A stretch of DNA of 64,000 bases from an uncultured Eubacteriales bacterium (GCA_900315585.1 OMZP01000005.1:40112-104111), one strand, 5' to 3'. Positions 29,790-39,361 are shown, counted from the stretch's first letter. Notes: generated by a model not told the origin, from the letters alone. Numbers and translations are program-made.

Positions 29790-30153
29790 GTGAGGGCGCC
29801 AGACGGTCGCAGGCGCGCAAGCGTTTGAGGAAAGTCCGAGCACCACAGGGCAGGGTGCCGGTTAACTGCCGGTGAAGGCGACTTCAAGGAAAGTGCAACA
29901 GAGATAGTCCGCGAATCCCGCTTCGGCGGGACGCAAGGGTGGAAAGGCGAGGTAAGAGCTCACCCGCGGCCTGGCAACTGGTCCGCGCTGTAAACCCCAC
30001 CTGGTGCAAGATTGATAGGGAAGCATGAGCGCCCCTCGGGGCGGCTCGGCGGCGGCCCGTCGCGCTTCCGGGTAATCGCTAGAGCCTGCTGGCAACTGCA
30101 GGCCCAGACAGATGATCGTCCAATACAGAACTCGGCTTACAGACGCCGCTCAC
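29790..30153 (+). ncRNA. rnpB: RNase P RNA (bacterial, type A-like)
   Basis: GAGGAAAGTCCGAGC, GTGCAACAGAGA, GGTAAGAGCTCACC and ACAGAACTCGGCTTACAG universal motifs. 5' GTGAG pairs with 3' CTCAC (P1). Ends are approximate, within about 10 nt. Confidence 0.85.
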
Positions 30154-30170
30154 AATTCATTCTATACAAA

Positions 30171-30200
30171 GGGGCGCTGCCAAACGGCAGCGCCCTGTTT
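30171..30200 (+). terminator. hairpin downstream of rnpB
   Basis: GGGGCGCTGCC-AAAC-GGCAGCGCCC followed by TGTTTG. Confidence 0.4.
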
Positions 30201-30237
30201 GCGGATGCCTCATAATCTATCCGGGCGTTGCAATCAT

Positions 30238-30292
30238 CCCTGTAGGGGCGGCATATATGCCGCCCGCGGACGCCATATATGGCATCCCTACG
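30238..30292. repeat. REP unit of the GGCGGCATnnATGCCGCC / GGACGCCATnnATGGC type
   Basis: CCCTGTAGGGGCGGCATATATGCCGCCCGCGGACGCCATATATGGCATCCCTACG. An inverted-orientation relative of 18909-18957, 19013-19062 and 37168-37210. Confidence 0.55.
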
Positions 30293-30383
30293 TTGAGGAT
30301 CGTGCCGTCAACGGTATTTTGAAACAGCACCCTTCTCAAGCAGACTCATCAGGCGATTGGGAGAGCTTGCTCCCCCGCCCACA

Positions 30384-31133
30384 TCAGTCCTCGTCCGCCT
30401 CAGCGATCTCCAGGTACTTCTCAAACACCGCGTCCAGCTCCGCGTCGTCCTCCACGGTGGCGTACACGTCGTTGCCGTCCTGGTCAGTCTCGATGCGCAG
30501 GATCACCAGCTCGTCCTCGCCCACGTCCTCCATGGGGTCCACGGGCACCAGGCAGATGTAGGGCTTGCCCTCGTGCTCCAGGGTCATCAGATGCTCAAAG
30601 CGCACGGCGTTGCCGTCCTCGTCCACCAGCTCCACGATGTCCTCGCGCTCCATGTCCAGATCGTGATTCATGTTCTCGCTCATATGCCATACTCCCTTTA
30701 ATTGGATTTTGTTGCTTTCCTCGAGCCAGCCGCCCGCGTCCATGAACCCCTGCAGGATGTAGGTCGCCGCCAGCTGGTCGATGTATTGCTTGCGCTTGCC
30801 CCGGCGCATGTCCGCCTCCAGCAGCACGTCCCGTGCCTGCTTGGTGGACAGACGCTCGTCCTGGAAGCGCACGTTCAGCCCCAGTTCCGTGAGTTTCTCG
30901 GCGAAGGCCCTGGAGTGCTGGGCCTGGTAGCCCTCGCTGCCGTCCATGTTCAGCGGCAGCCCGCAGAGCACCCGGTCCGTCTGATACTGTGCGCACAGCT
31001 CCAACACGCGCTGGGCGTCCTTGTTGAAGCCCTGCACCTGGATGGTCTCCACGGCCTGGGCCGAGATGTCCAGCGGGTCCGTGACGGCCACGCCGATGCG
31101 CTTTTCACCGATGTCCAGGCAGATCACCCGCAT
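30384..31133 (-). CDS. ruvX: RuvX/YqgF Holliday-junction-resolvase-like nuclease fused in frame to a DUF1292 (YrzB-like) domain
   Basis: MRVICLDIGEKRIGVAVTD N-terminus. There is no stop before MSENMNHDLDMEREDIVELVDEDGNAVRFEHL...(DUF1292). An internal AAAGGGAG RBS precedes the ATG at about 30683. Confidence 0.75.
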   Translation of the reverse strand: MRVICLDIGEKRIGVAVTDPLDISAQAVETIQVQGFNKDAQRVLELCAQYQTDRVLCGLPLNMDGSEGYQAQHSRAFAEKLTELGLNVRFQDERLSTKQARDVLLEADMRRGKRKQYIDQLAATYILQGFMDAGGWLEESNKIQLKGVWHMSENMNHDLDMEREDIVELVDEDGNAVRFEHLMTLEHEGKPYICLVPVDPMEDVGEDELVILRIETDQDGNDVYATVEDDAELDAVFEKYLEIAEADED

Positions 31134-31135
31134 GG

Positions 31136-32080
31136 CTACACCACCTTTATGCAGAATTGCGGGCAGGCCCGGGCGCAGTAGCCGCAGTAGACACACTTCG
31201 CCTGATCCACCACAGCGCGCCCGTTCACGACCTCAATGGCCTTTTGCCTGCACCGCGCGGCGCACTTGCCGCAGCCTTCGCACCAGTCGTGCACCATCAC
31301 CCGGCGCTCGCGGTGGCGCAGCTTCTCCAGCCGCTCAAAGGCCGTGGGGTCGCCCTCGAACATGGCCACGTCCGCGTCGATCTCCTCCACGCTCTGCATA
31401 CCGATGGCGACGGCGTCCAGCAGGGGATTGTTCAGCGCGTATTCCAGCGCGGCCTTGCTTCCGGAGATCAGGTGCCCGCCGCCCAGGGGCTTCATGGCGA
31501 AGATGCCGATGCCGCGCTCCCGGGCGGCGGCGATGGCGCTCTCCATGTCCTTGCGGCTGCCGTCCTGGATGCCGATGCCCTCCAGGTTGATCAGCGGGTG
31601 GATCACGTCGATCATCGGGAACCGGGGCGCGGCCTTCACGCAGGCCACGAAGTGGGTGCTGACGCCAACGGTGCCGATGTGTCCCCGCGCCTTCTGTTCG
31701 GCCAGGTATTCCAGGGCCTCCTCGTGGCCCCGGAGGGTATACAGGGACTCCTGCTCGTGGAGCATGAACAGATCGACGTAGTCCCGCCCGAGGCCCCGGT
31801 AGGCCCGCTCCAGCGCCGCCTGGGCGGTGGGCCGGTCCCAGCAGTAGGCCTTGGTGCTGATCACATAGTCCGGCGCGTCCTTCAGCGCCAGGGCGATGTG
31901 GGGATAGGTGCCGTAGAGGTCGGCGGTGTCCAGGAAGCGCACGCCCTTCTCATAGGCGTACACCAGCAGCCGCGCGCCCGCCTCCGGGGTCATGTTCTGT
32001 TGCAGGGGCGACATCGTCAGCGTGCCGAAGCACATCCGGGACACCGTCAGGCCGCTTCGGCCCAGTGGATTCATCCGCAT
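31136..32080 (-). CDS. aldo/keto reductase with C-terminal 2x[4Fe-4S] ferredoxin domain
   Basis: AKR N-terminus (LGRSGLTVSRMCFGT, FLDTADLYG). C-terminus CEGCGKCAARC...CVYCGYCARACP. Confidence 0.8.
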   Translation of the reverse strand: MRMNPLGRSGLTVSRMCFGTLTMSPLQQNMTPEAGARLLVYAYEKGVRFLDTADLYGTYPHIALALKDAPDYVISTKAYCWDRPTAQAALERAYRGLGRDYVDLFMLHEQESLYTLRGHEEALEYLAEQKARGHIGTVGVSTHFVACVKAAPRFPMIDVIHPLINLEGIGIQDGSRKDMESAIAAARERGIGIFAMKPLGGGHLISGSKAALEYALNNPLLDAVAIGMQSVEEIDADVAMFEGDPTAFERLEKLRHRERRVMVHDWCEGCGKCAARCRQKAIEVVNGRAVVDQAKCVYCGYCARACPQFCIKVV

Positions 32081-32110
32081 AGTCTTTGTCCGCAGTTCCT
32101 CGTTGATACG

Positions 32111-32147
32111 TCACAGGGCTGGAAATAACCGTATTTCCAGCCCTGAC
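32111..32147 (-). terminator. hairpin downstream of ireB (no clear U-tract)
   Basis: TCACAGGGCTGGAAATA / TATTTCCAGCCCTGACA 17-bp stem. Confidence 0.35.
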
Positions 32148-32183
32148 AATGCCTGTGGCGATGCTGCAAATGCTGTTTGGGGG

Positions 32184-32450
32184 TCAATCCTTGTCGTGCT
32201 CGACGACGTAAAAGCGCACAAATTCCTCCAGCAGTTCGTCCCGCTCCAGCCGACGGATCAGCGAACGGGCGTTGTTGTAGCTGGTTATGTAGGTGGGGTC
32301 ACCGGAGATGATGTAGCCCACCATCTGCATGATGGGGTCGTGTCCCTTGGCCTTCAGCGCCTGATAGACCACCTCGATGATCTCAGCCGCGGATTCCGGG
32401 ACATCCGTGAGGCTCTTGAAGTGCCTCGTCTCGTCCAGTCTGCTGTTCAT
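32184..32450 (-). CDS. ireB: IreB-family regulatory phosphoprotein (UPF0297/YrzL)
   Basis: ATG at 32450. [37 protein letters not shown] matches the UPF0297 core. Confidence 0.8.
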   Translation of the reverse strand: MNSRLDETRHFKSLTDVPESAAEIIEVVYQALKAKGHDPIMQMVGYIISGDPTYITSYNNARSLIRRLERDELLEEFVRFYVVEHDKD

Positions 32451-32515
32451 TGCGCACCGCCTTTCCAGCACAGCATTTGCATTCACGATCATTATAACAC
32501 ATAAACCCCAAAAGA

Positions 32516-33565
32516 TCAAATGTTTTCATATTTTTGCATAAAAATTCTGTAGAGTGACCGAAAAACCAGCATTGCGGGCATGGCCAGCAGCATTCCGGCC
32601 ACGCCGCCCACCCGCGCGCCGGCGTAGATGCCCACCAGCACCAGCGCCGGGGAAAAGCCGGTGACGCTGCCCATCACCCGCGGGGAGATCAGGGTGCCGT
32701 CCAGCTGCTGCACCACCGCCAGTGCCGCCAGGGTCATCGCCGCCCGCTGCCAGCTGTCCGCCAGCGCGATCAGCACCGCCGGGACGCCGCCGATGAACGG
32801 GCCGAAGTAGGGGATCATGTTGAGAAGCCCGATCAGCGGCCCCAGCACCACGGCGCTGCGCACGCCCACGACGGTCAGCGCCACGAAGGACAGCGCCGCC
32901 ACCACCCCCGCGATCATCAGCTGGCCCTGGAGGTACAGCCGCAGCTCCCGGCAGGCGGCGTTGCCCATGCGCACCGCCGTGGCCCGCACCCGCCGGGGCA
33001 GCAGCAGCTCAAGTCTCAGGAGCACGGTCTCCCGGTCCTTCAGGAAGAAGTACGCCAGCACCACCATCATGGACACCCGGCCCGCCCAGTCGGCGACGTT
33101 CGCCGCCAGGGAGACCGTGCCCCCGGCGAGACCCGCCAGCGGCCCGTTCAGCGCCGACAGGTCGATCTCCGGCAGGCGGAGCCCCGGCAGCCGTCCCTCA
33201 AGCCAGGCTTTCACCCCCGCGAGCCACTCGGTCAGCCCCGCCAGCTTTTCCGGCAGCGTTCGTCCCAGCTCCATCATCTCCCGCAGCATGGCGGGCAGCA
33301 GCAGCCACAGAAGCCCCAGTAAGACGACCGCCAGCGTCAGAAGGCACAAAAGCGAGGCCGCGGGGCGGGGGAACCGCTTCTCGTACAGCTTTTCAAGCGG
33401 CAGCGCCAGGAAGCAGAGCACGCCCGCCCCGAACAGCAGTCCCAGCACCTGCAGGAGGGACCGCCGCAGCAGCACCGCCACAAAGGCCGCCGCAAGCGCG
33501 ATGCCGATGGCCTTCGCCCTTCGCCGGGGCAGGGAAATGGGCAGCTGCACGGGAAACACCTCCAT
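32516..33565 (-). CDS. AI-2E family transporter (PerM-like)
   Basis: 349 aa, about 8 TM helices, [20 protein letters not shown] motif. Confidence 0.85.
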   Translation of the reverse strand: MEVFPVQLPISLPRRRAKAIGIALAAAFVAVLLRRSLLQVLGLLFGAGVLCFLALPLEKLYEKRFPRPAASLLCLLTLAVVLLGLLWLLLPAMLREMMELGRTLPEKLAGLTEWLAGVKAWLEGRLPGLRLPEIDLSALNGPLAGLAGGTVSLAANVADWAGRVSMMVVLAYFFLKDRETVLLRLELLLPRRVRATAVRMGNAACRELRLYLQGQLMIAGVVAALSFVALTVVGVRSAVVLGPLIGLLNMIPYFGPFIGGVPAVLIALADSWQRAAMTLAALAVVQQLDGTLISPRVMGSVTGFSPALVLVGIYAGARVGGVAGMLLAMPAMLVFRSLYRIFMQKYENI

Positions 33566-33569
33566 TGAG

Positions 33570-33763
33570 AGAGTTTAGAGTTAAGAGTTTAGAGTTGAGA
33601 TTGAATGGCCAAGGAACCGAATCGCCACGAGACTTCATGCTTCGATATGACGTGGTTGGACGCAGATTCGATGTACGTCACTGCGAGGCAACTGATGCAA
33701 TGAGACGACGTGACGATCCGGCCTCCCCAACCAACTTCACTCTGAACTCCAAACTCTGAACTC
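33570..33763. repeat. imperfect inverted repeats of about 25 nt (AGAGTTTAGAGTTAAGAGTTTAGAG / CTCTGAACTCCAAACTCTGAACTCT) flanking about 140 nt
   Basis: Seen directly. Fills the whole intergenic gap. Confidence 0.45.
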
Positions 33764-33765
33764 TG

Positions 33766-33939
33766 TCAAAACTTCTTCGCCATCTCCTCAGCCTTGTCGC
33801 TGAGCCAGCTTCCGGTCTTCTTCGCCTGCTGGTTCCACTTCTTCTCCGTCTGCCAGTTCATCACGCCGAACAGGGTCGCCGCCGAGCCGCCGATCAGCAT
33901 TCCGGTCAAAAGTCCCTTCACCAAGCCATTCTTCATCAT
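33766..33939 (-). CDS. YtxH-like small membrane-associated protein
   Basis: MMKNGLVKGLLTGMLIGGSAATLFG... with GGAAGGG RBS. An alternative upstream ATG is at 33957. Confidence 0.5.
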   Translation of the reverse strand: MMKNGLVKGLLTGMLIGGSAATLFGVMNWQTEKKWNQQAKKTGSWLSDKAEEMAKKF

Positions 33940-34387
33940 AGTCGCCCTTCCTTTCATCCTCCGGCGGGTCGATGACGACCTCGCCGCTCGTTCGGTTCAC
34001 GGTGTAGCGGGTGACGGTCTGCCGCCGGTCCATCAGATCATCCCAGACCCCCGCGGACAGCTCCAGCGCCGTCACCCGGAAGCTGAGCTCGTCCACCTCC
34101 GCGCCGGTGATCGCCCCCAGCCGCCGCCCGTCGGTGGAGATCGCCCGCCGAAGGGGCATGGGCCCGCTCATCCGCCGGCGAATGCCCGTGCCGTCGGCGT
34201 GGACCGCCACCTCTCCGATCAGCTCCAGTGCCTCCGAGGGGATGAAACGCGTCCCGCGCAGCCCCGCGCCCACCCAGAGACCCTCCAGCCGCGTCAGATC
34301 CTCGGCCAGCTCCGACCGCAGCACCCGGGCGAACCGCCTGCCGCCGCACACCACCGGCATCCCGATCAAACCGCGCACGTTGCGCAT
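33788..34387 (-). CDS. PRC-barrel (YlmC/YmxH-like) double-domain protein with acidic tail
   Basis: The two halves resemble each other (LIGMPVV..GRRFARV and ISTDGRRLGAITGAEVD). The tail overlaps the YtxH-like gene in another frame. Confidence 0.6.
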   Translation of the reverse strand: MRNVRGLIGMPVVCGGRRFARVLRSELAEDLTRLEGLWVGAGLRGTRFIPSEALELIGEVAVHADGTGIRRRMSGPMPLRRAISTDGRRLGAITGAEVDELSFRVTALELSAGVWDDLMDRRQTVTRYTVNRTSGEVVIDPPEDERKGDYDEEWLGEGTFDRNADRRLGGDPVRRDELADGEEVEPAGEEDRKLAQRQG

Positions 34388-34585
34388 GGGCCTCGCCTCC
34401 GAATCGCCGCGAACCGGCAGTCGTATTATGAGCCGAAGATCGCCCGCCCTTGCGCGGCAAAATTTGTCGCATTGCGCAAAGCGCCGCGCTGTGATACAAT
34501 AAACATGGAGATTTGTGTGAATGACACGCTTTTGACAATATTATACGCTAAAATGACATTGATATACCTACGGGAGGTACGAAAT

Positions 34586-35302
34586 ATGGAAGATAACAGA
34601 AGCGGATATAGAATCCTCGTGGCCGACGACGACCCGAACGTGCACCAGTCCCTGAACGCCTATTTCCGGCGGGAGGGCTACCAGATGATCTCCGCCTACG
34701 ACGGCAACCAGGCCGTGGAGCAGGTGCACCGCCTGCGCCCGGACATCGCCATTCTGGACATCATGATGCCGGGGATGGACGGGCTGATGGTGTGCCGGGA
34801 GATCCGCAAGGAATCCAGCCTGCCCATCATCATGCTCACCGCCAAGGGCGAGGAGTTCGACAAGCTGCTGGGCCTGGAGATGGGCGCGGACGACTACATC
34901 ACCAAGCCCTTCAGCCCCCGGGAAGTGCTGGCCCGGGTGAAGGCGGTGCTTCGGCGCATGCACGAAATGAAGCCGGAGGACAAGTCCGCCCATCTGGTGG
35001 TGGGGAATCTGGACATCGACATGAACGCCTTCACCGTCAAGCTGGACGGCCAGCTGGTGCCCTGCACGCCCAAGGAGACGGAGATTCTCTGGACCCTGGC
35101 CAGCAACCCCGGCATGGTGTTCAGCCGGGAGCACCTGCTGCAGAGCATCTGGGGCTACGACTTCCTGGGCGACACCCGCGCCGTGGACAGCCACATCAAG
35201 CGCATCCGCGCCAAGCTGTGCAACGACAATAACGACTGGGACATCAAGACGGTCTGGGGCATCGGATATCGATTTGAAGTGGAAGGCGCGCAGCGGGGCT
35301 GA
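34586..35302 (+). CDS. OmpR-family response regulator
   Basis: GGGAGGT RBS. YRILVADDDP receiver domain and TRAVDSHIKRIRAKL winged helix. Confidence 0.9.
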   Translation: MEDNRSGYRILVADDDPNVHQSLNAYFRREGYQMISAYDGNQAVEQVHRLRPDIAILDIMMPGMDGLMVCREIRKESSLPIIMLTAKGEEFDKLLGLEMGADDYITKPFSPREVLARVKAVLRRMHEMKPEDKSAHLVVGNLDIDMNAFTVKLDGQLVPCTPKETEILWTLASNPGMVFSREHLLQSIWGYDFLGDTRAVDSHIKRIRAKLCNDNNDWDIKTVWGIGYRFEVEGAQRG

Positions 35303-35305
35303 CCC

Positions 35306-37117
35306 ATGGCAGGCAAGATCAAGCGACAATCGCTGAGCATCGGGGCCAAGACCCTGCTCAGCCACATCACCCTGGCCGTGGTGGTGATCGCCCTGGCCAG
35401 TGTCATCAGCTATACGCTGTCCAGCCAGTACATCCGCCAGACCCGCATCCGGGACCTGGCCGCAAAGGCGGAGCGCATCGCCGAGGGCAGCAACGAGGTG
35501 CCAGAGGGGGACATCGTGCCCCGCCGGAGGACTGTGCGCACCTTCGAGGAGCTGACGGACGCCAAGGTGTTCTACCTGGCCGAGGACAATGAGATCATCC
35601 GCATGAGCCAGTACTACGACGAGCCGGAGCACGGCGAGGGCGAGTTCCACTGGGTGGAGGTGGCAGATTCCATCGACCGGGAGTTCGCCAGCCGCGTGCT
35701 GGAGGGGGAATGCGTGTCCACGGTGCGGCGCTTTGAGTTCGCCCAGGACGTGATCATCTTCGCCGGCGCGCCGATCTACGACGACGCGGGCGAGGTGCGC
35801 GGCGGCGTGATCCTGGCCCAGCCCATGGCCAGCGTGCGGAACCTGTCGCGGCTGGTGCGGCTGATGCTGCTGATCGTGGTGGGCATCTCGATATTGCTGG
35901 CCATCCTGCTGGCCATGCAGCAGACGCGGATGCTGGTCAAGCCCATCCAGCGCATCACCCGCGCCGCCCGACGCATGGAGGACGGCGTGTATGCCGAGCG
36001 CATCCCGGCCCTGCCGGACAACGAGATCGGCGAGCTGGGCCACGCCCTGAACAGCATGTCCGGCCGCCTGATGGATGTCATCAAGAACCTGCGCAAGGAG
36101 CGCGACAAGCTGGAGCTGGTGATCTCCGGCATTGGCGAGGGCCTGATCGCCGTGGACACCGACTGGCACATCGTCCACGCCAACGAGGCGTTCCTGGAGC
36201 TGGTGGAGCTGGACAGCGCCGCGGACTTCCTCCGGGAGGGGGACAGCGACGTGCTGTTTGACCCGCTGAAGGGGCTGTTGGAGCGATGCATGACCAGTGG
36301 CGAGAGCGAGGAGCTGGAATGGGTGAACGCCTCCCAGCGGGCCATCCACGCCGTCGCCACCGCCCTCAAGGACGAGAGCGGCGCGACCCTGGGCACGGTG
36401 TGCCTGCTTAGAGACGTGTCCGAGGCCCAGCGCATGGAGCAGCTGCGGCGGGACTACGTGGCCAACATCTCCCACGAGCTGCGCACGCCGCTGACGGGCA
36501 TCCGGGGCATGGTGGAGCCGCTGATCGACGGCATCATGGACACCGAGGAGGAGCGGCAGGAGAGCTATCGCATCATCCTGAAGGAGACCATCCGCCTGGA
36601 AAAGCTGGTGGGCGACATGCTGGATATGTCCCGCCTTCAGGACGGGCGCATCCAGGTGGAGCTGGAGCCCATGGAGCTTCCGGGCATCCTGGAGGCCGCG
36701 GCCCGGAGCATGAAGGGCATCGCCGACGAGGCGGGCGTGGACCTGCGGGTGGAGACCGACGGCTCGCGACTGGCATGCCTGGGCAACGAGGACCGCATCA
36801 TGCAGGTGCTGGTGATCCTGATGGACAACGCCCTCAGCTTCACGCCCCGGGGTGGCAGCGTCACCGTGTTCGCCTATGACGCGGGCACCCACATCGCCGC
36901 GGGCGTTCGGGACACCGGCCGGGGCATCGAGCCCAAGGACCTGAACATGATCTGGGAACGCTTCTACAAGGCGGATCGCTCCCGGATGCGCACCACCGGC
37001 ACGGGCCTGGGCCTGTCCATTGCCAAGCTGGTGACCCGGCTGATGGGCGGCGACATCTCTGTGAAGAGCGAGCCCGGCAAGGGCGCGGAGTTTACGTTTA
37101 CCCTGAAAAAGAGTTGA
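35306..37117 (+). CDS. sensor histidine kinase (TM-sensor-TM-HAMP-PAS-like-HisKA-HATPase)
   Basis: ISHELRTPLT H-box. DTGRGIEP and GTGLGLSIAK ATPase motifs. Confidence 0.9.
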   Translation: MAGKIKRQSLSIGAKTLLSHITLAVVVIALASVISYTLSSQYIRQTRIRDLAAKAERIAEGSNEVPEGDIVPRRRTVRTFEELTDAKVFYLAEDNEIIRMSQYYDEPEHGEGEFHWVEVADSIDREFASRVLEGECVSTVRRFEFAQDVIIFAGAPIYDDAGEVRGGVILAQPMASVRNLSRLVRLMLLIVVGISILLAILLAMQQTRMLVKPIQRITRAARRMEDGVYAERIPALPDNEIGELGHALNSMSGRLMDVIKNLRKERDKLELVISGIGEGLIAVDTDWHIVHANEAFLELVELDSAADFLREGDSDVLFDPLKGLLERCMTSGESEELEWVNASQRAIHAVATALKDESGATLGTVCLLRDVSEAQRMEQLRRDYVANISHELRTPLTGIRGMVEPLIDGIMDTEEERQESYRIILKETIRLEKLVGDMLDMSRLQDGRIQVELEPMELPGILEAAARSMKGIADEAGVDLRVETDGSRLACLGNEDRIMQVLVILMDNALSFTPRGGSVTVFAYDAGTHIAAGVRDTGRGIEPKDLNMIWERFYKADRSRMRTTGTGLGLSIAKLVTRLMGGDISVKSEPGKGAEFTFTLKKS

Positions 37118-37167
37118 TGGGAGCCTTCGGAGGCTGCCTCAGAATACCGTTGACGGTTCGATATTAT

Positions 37168-37210
37168 CCGTAGGGACGCCATTTATGGCGTCCGCTGGCG
37201 GCAAATTTGC
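37168..37210. repeat. REP unit (GGGACGCCATTTATGGCGTCC + GGCGGCAAATTTGC)
   Basis: Member of the same family as 18909-18957. Confidence 0.5.
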
Positions 37211-37361
37211 GACTCTTCACAGAAGGACTGACGGATTGGTATAACGTAGTCTATACGTTTCGTCAACTAACAGCATTAGAAGAGAATACCTGCAAATCGT
37301 TTCTTTTCATCCAACAGCATTCCGTGGAGCGTCCCTTTTTCTTCGAAAATCATCATGGGAA

Positions 37362-37390
37362 TGGACAAATCAGGCGATTTGGTATATACT
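37362..37390 (+). promoter_or_regulatory. candidate promoter for pepF
   Basis: TGGACA, a 17-nt spacer, then TATACT. Confidence 0.35.
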
Positions 37391-37423
37391 GACTTCAATG
37401 ATGTTTTTCAGGAGGACGAGCAC

Positions 37424-39202
37424 ATGGAAGTCAAGGCGAGAAGCGAAATGAACCCGGCGTTTACCTGGGACCTGACCCCGATCTTCGCGGACGGGGCGGC
37501 CTGGAAGGCGGCCTACGCAAAGGCGGAAGAGGCCGTGAAGGCCCTCTCGGACCTGCCCGGCACGCTGTCCAAATCGGCGGAGGCGCTGGCCGAGGGCCTG
37601 AACCGGATCACCGAGGCCTCCCAGCAGGCCGAACGGATCTACGACTACGCCTTCTTGATGAAATCCGGCGACAACGGCGACCCCGCCGCCCAGGAGATGG
37701 AGGCGCGGGCGATCGGCCTGCTGGTGCAGCTGGAGACGGCCACGGCCTTCGTGGACCCGGAGCTGCTGACCATCCCGGAGGACACGCTGAACGGATGGAT
37801 GGAGCGGGAGGACCTGCGCACCTACCGCCACATGGTGGAGGACGTGTCCCGCCGCCGCGCCCACACTCTGGACGCCCAGGGCGAGCGGCTGCTGGCCATG
37901 CTGGGCGACGTGGCCCAGACCCCCGGCAACACCTTCGACCTGTTTGAGAGCGTGGATCTGAAACTGCCCCAGGTGAAGGGCGAGGCGGGGGAGACCGTGC
38001 AGCTCACCCATGGCGGCTTCACGGTGCTGCGGGAGAGCCGGGACGCGCGGGTGCGCAAGGAGGCCTTCGAGGCCTATTTCGGCGCCTACGCGGACTTCAT
38101 CAACACCCTCTCCAGCGTCTACGGCGGCGCGGTGAAGCTGGACTGCTTCAACGCCGACGCCAGGAAGTTCAATGATGCCTGCGAGGCGGCGCTGTTCGGC
38201 AACAACGTGCCCACGAGCCTCTACGACACCCTGGTGGACACCGTCCACGGCGGCCTGGACGGCATGAAGGCATACCTGGCCCTGCGGCAGAAGGCTCTGG
38301 GCCTGGATGAACTGCACCTGTACGACCTGTACAGCCCCATCATGGAGGACGTGGAGTTCGACATGCCCTACGAGAAGGCCAAGGCCCTGGTGAAGGAGGC
38401 GCTGAAGCCCCTGGGCGAGGAGTATCAGATGCTGCTGGACCGCGCCTTCAACGAGCGGTGGATCGATGTCTACGAGAACAAGGGCAAGAGCACCGGCGCG
38501 TTCTCCATGGGCGTGTTCGGCGTGCATCCCTATGTGATGCTGAACTACACCGGCAAGCTGGACGACGCCTACACCCTGGCCCACGAGCTCGGCCACGCCA
38601 TGCACTCCTACTTCTCCGACCGGGAGCAGGACTACGCCAACCACGACTATCGCATCTTCGTGGCGGAGGTGGCCAGCACGGTGAACGAGGTGCTGCTGAC
38701 CCGGCACCTGCTCAGGACCGAGACCGACCCGAAGCGCCGGGCCTACATCCTCAACCACTTCCTGGAGGGCTTCCGCACCACCGTGTTCCGCCAGACGCTG
38801 TTCGCGGAGTTCGAGCGCAAGAGCCATGCGCTGTATCAGTCCGGCACGCCGCTGACGCCCCAGACGCTGAACGCCGTGTTTCACGACCTGAACGCGCTGT
38901 ACTACGAGGGCGCGGTGATCGACGACTTCATGGACGTGGAGTGGGCGCGGATTCCCCACTTCTACAACGCCTTCTACGTCTACCAGTACGCCACCGGCTT
39001 CTCCAGCGCCGTGACCATCGCCGACGGCATCCTGTCCTCAGGCGACGCCAGCCACTACCTGAAATTCCTCACCACCGGCGGCAGCGACTATCCCATCGAG
39101 GAGCTGAAGATCGCCGGCGTGGACCTGACGAAGCCGGATGCTCTGCGCCACGCCATGGAAGCCTTCCGGGACACGCTGGAGCAGTTCAAGGCGACGTTCT
39201 GA
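37424..39202 (+). CDS. pepF: oligoendopeptidase F (M3B)
   Basis: ATG at 37424 with AGGAGGA RBS. HELGHAMH zinc motif. About 592 aa. Confidence 0.9.
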   Translation: MEVKARSEMNPAFTWDLTPIFADGAAWKAAYAKAEEAVKALSDLPGTLSKSAEALAEGLNRITEASQQAERIYDYAFLMKSGDNGDPAAQEMEARAIGLLVQLETATAFVDPELLTIPEDTLNGWMEREDLRTYRHMVEDVSRRRAHTLDAQGERLLAMLGDVAQTPGNTFDLFESVDLKLPQVKGEAGETVQLTHGGFTVLRESRDARVRKEAFEAYFGAYADFINTLSSVYGGAVKLDCFNADARKFNDACEAALFGNNVPTSLYDTLVDTVHGGLDGMKAYLALRQKALGLDELHLYDLYSPIMEDVEFDMPYEKAKALVKEALKPLGEEYQMLLDRAFNERWIDVYENKGKSTGAFSMGVFGVHPYVMLNYTGKLDDAYTLAHELGHAMHSYFSDREQDYANHDYRIFVAEVASTVNEVLLTRHLLRTETDPKRRAYILNHFLEGFRTTVFRQTLFAEFERKSHALYQSGTPLTPQTLNAVFHDLNALYYEGAVIDDFMDVEWARIPHFYNAFYVYQYATGFSSAVTIADGILSSGDASHYLKFLTTGGSDYPIEELKIAGVDLTKPDALRHAMEAFRDTLEQFKATF

Positions 39203-39220
39203 GCAGGATAAGACGCAAGA

Positions 39221-39254
39221 AACCCGGAAACCGATTCATGGTTTCCGGGTTTTT
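39221..39254 (+). terminator. rho-independent terminator after pepF
   Basis: AACCCGGAAACC-GATTCAT-GGTTTCCGGGT followed by TTTT. Confidence 0.75.
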
Positions 39255-39255
39255 G

Positions 39256-39347
39256 TGGCGGAGAAGGAGGGATTTGAACCCTCGCGGCAGTTATCCCACC
39301 CTACTCCCTTAGCAGGGGAGCCCCTTCGGCCTCTTGGGTACTTCTCC
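39256..39347 (-). tRNA. tRNA-Ser (anticodon GCU), CCA encoded
   Basis: The reverse complement folds as a cloverleaf. Acceptor GGAGAAG/CTTCTCC, anticodon loop CTGCTAA, long variable arm, TTCAAAT T-loop, 3' GCCA. Confidence 0.9.
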
Positions 39348-39361
39348 ACGGGCAATATTGG

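Noticed and set aside
34568-36892. 774-aa ORF antisense to the second response-regulator/kinase pair. Similar long antisense ORFs are 1331..2503, 12785..14176, 14912..16627, 20109..21452, 21483..22928, 24494..26323, 26131..27504, 37370..38959 and 41436..42893.
   Set aside because: These are high-GC shadow ORFs opposite well-supported genes. Their translations are rich in Arg, Gly, His and Leu, with no motifs.
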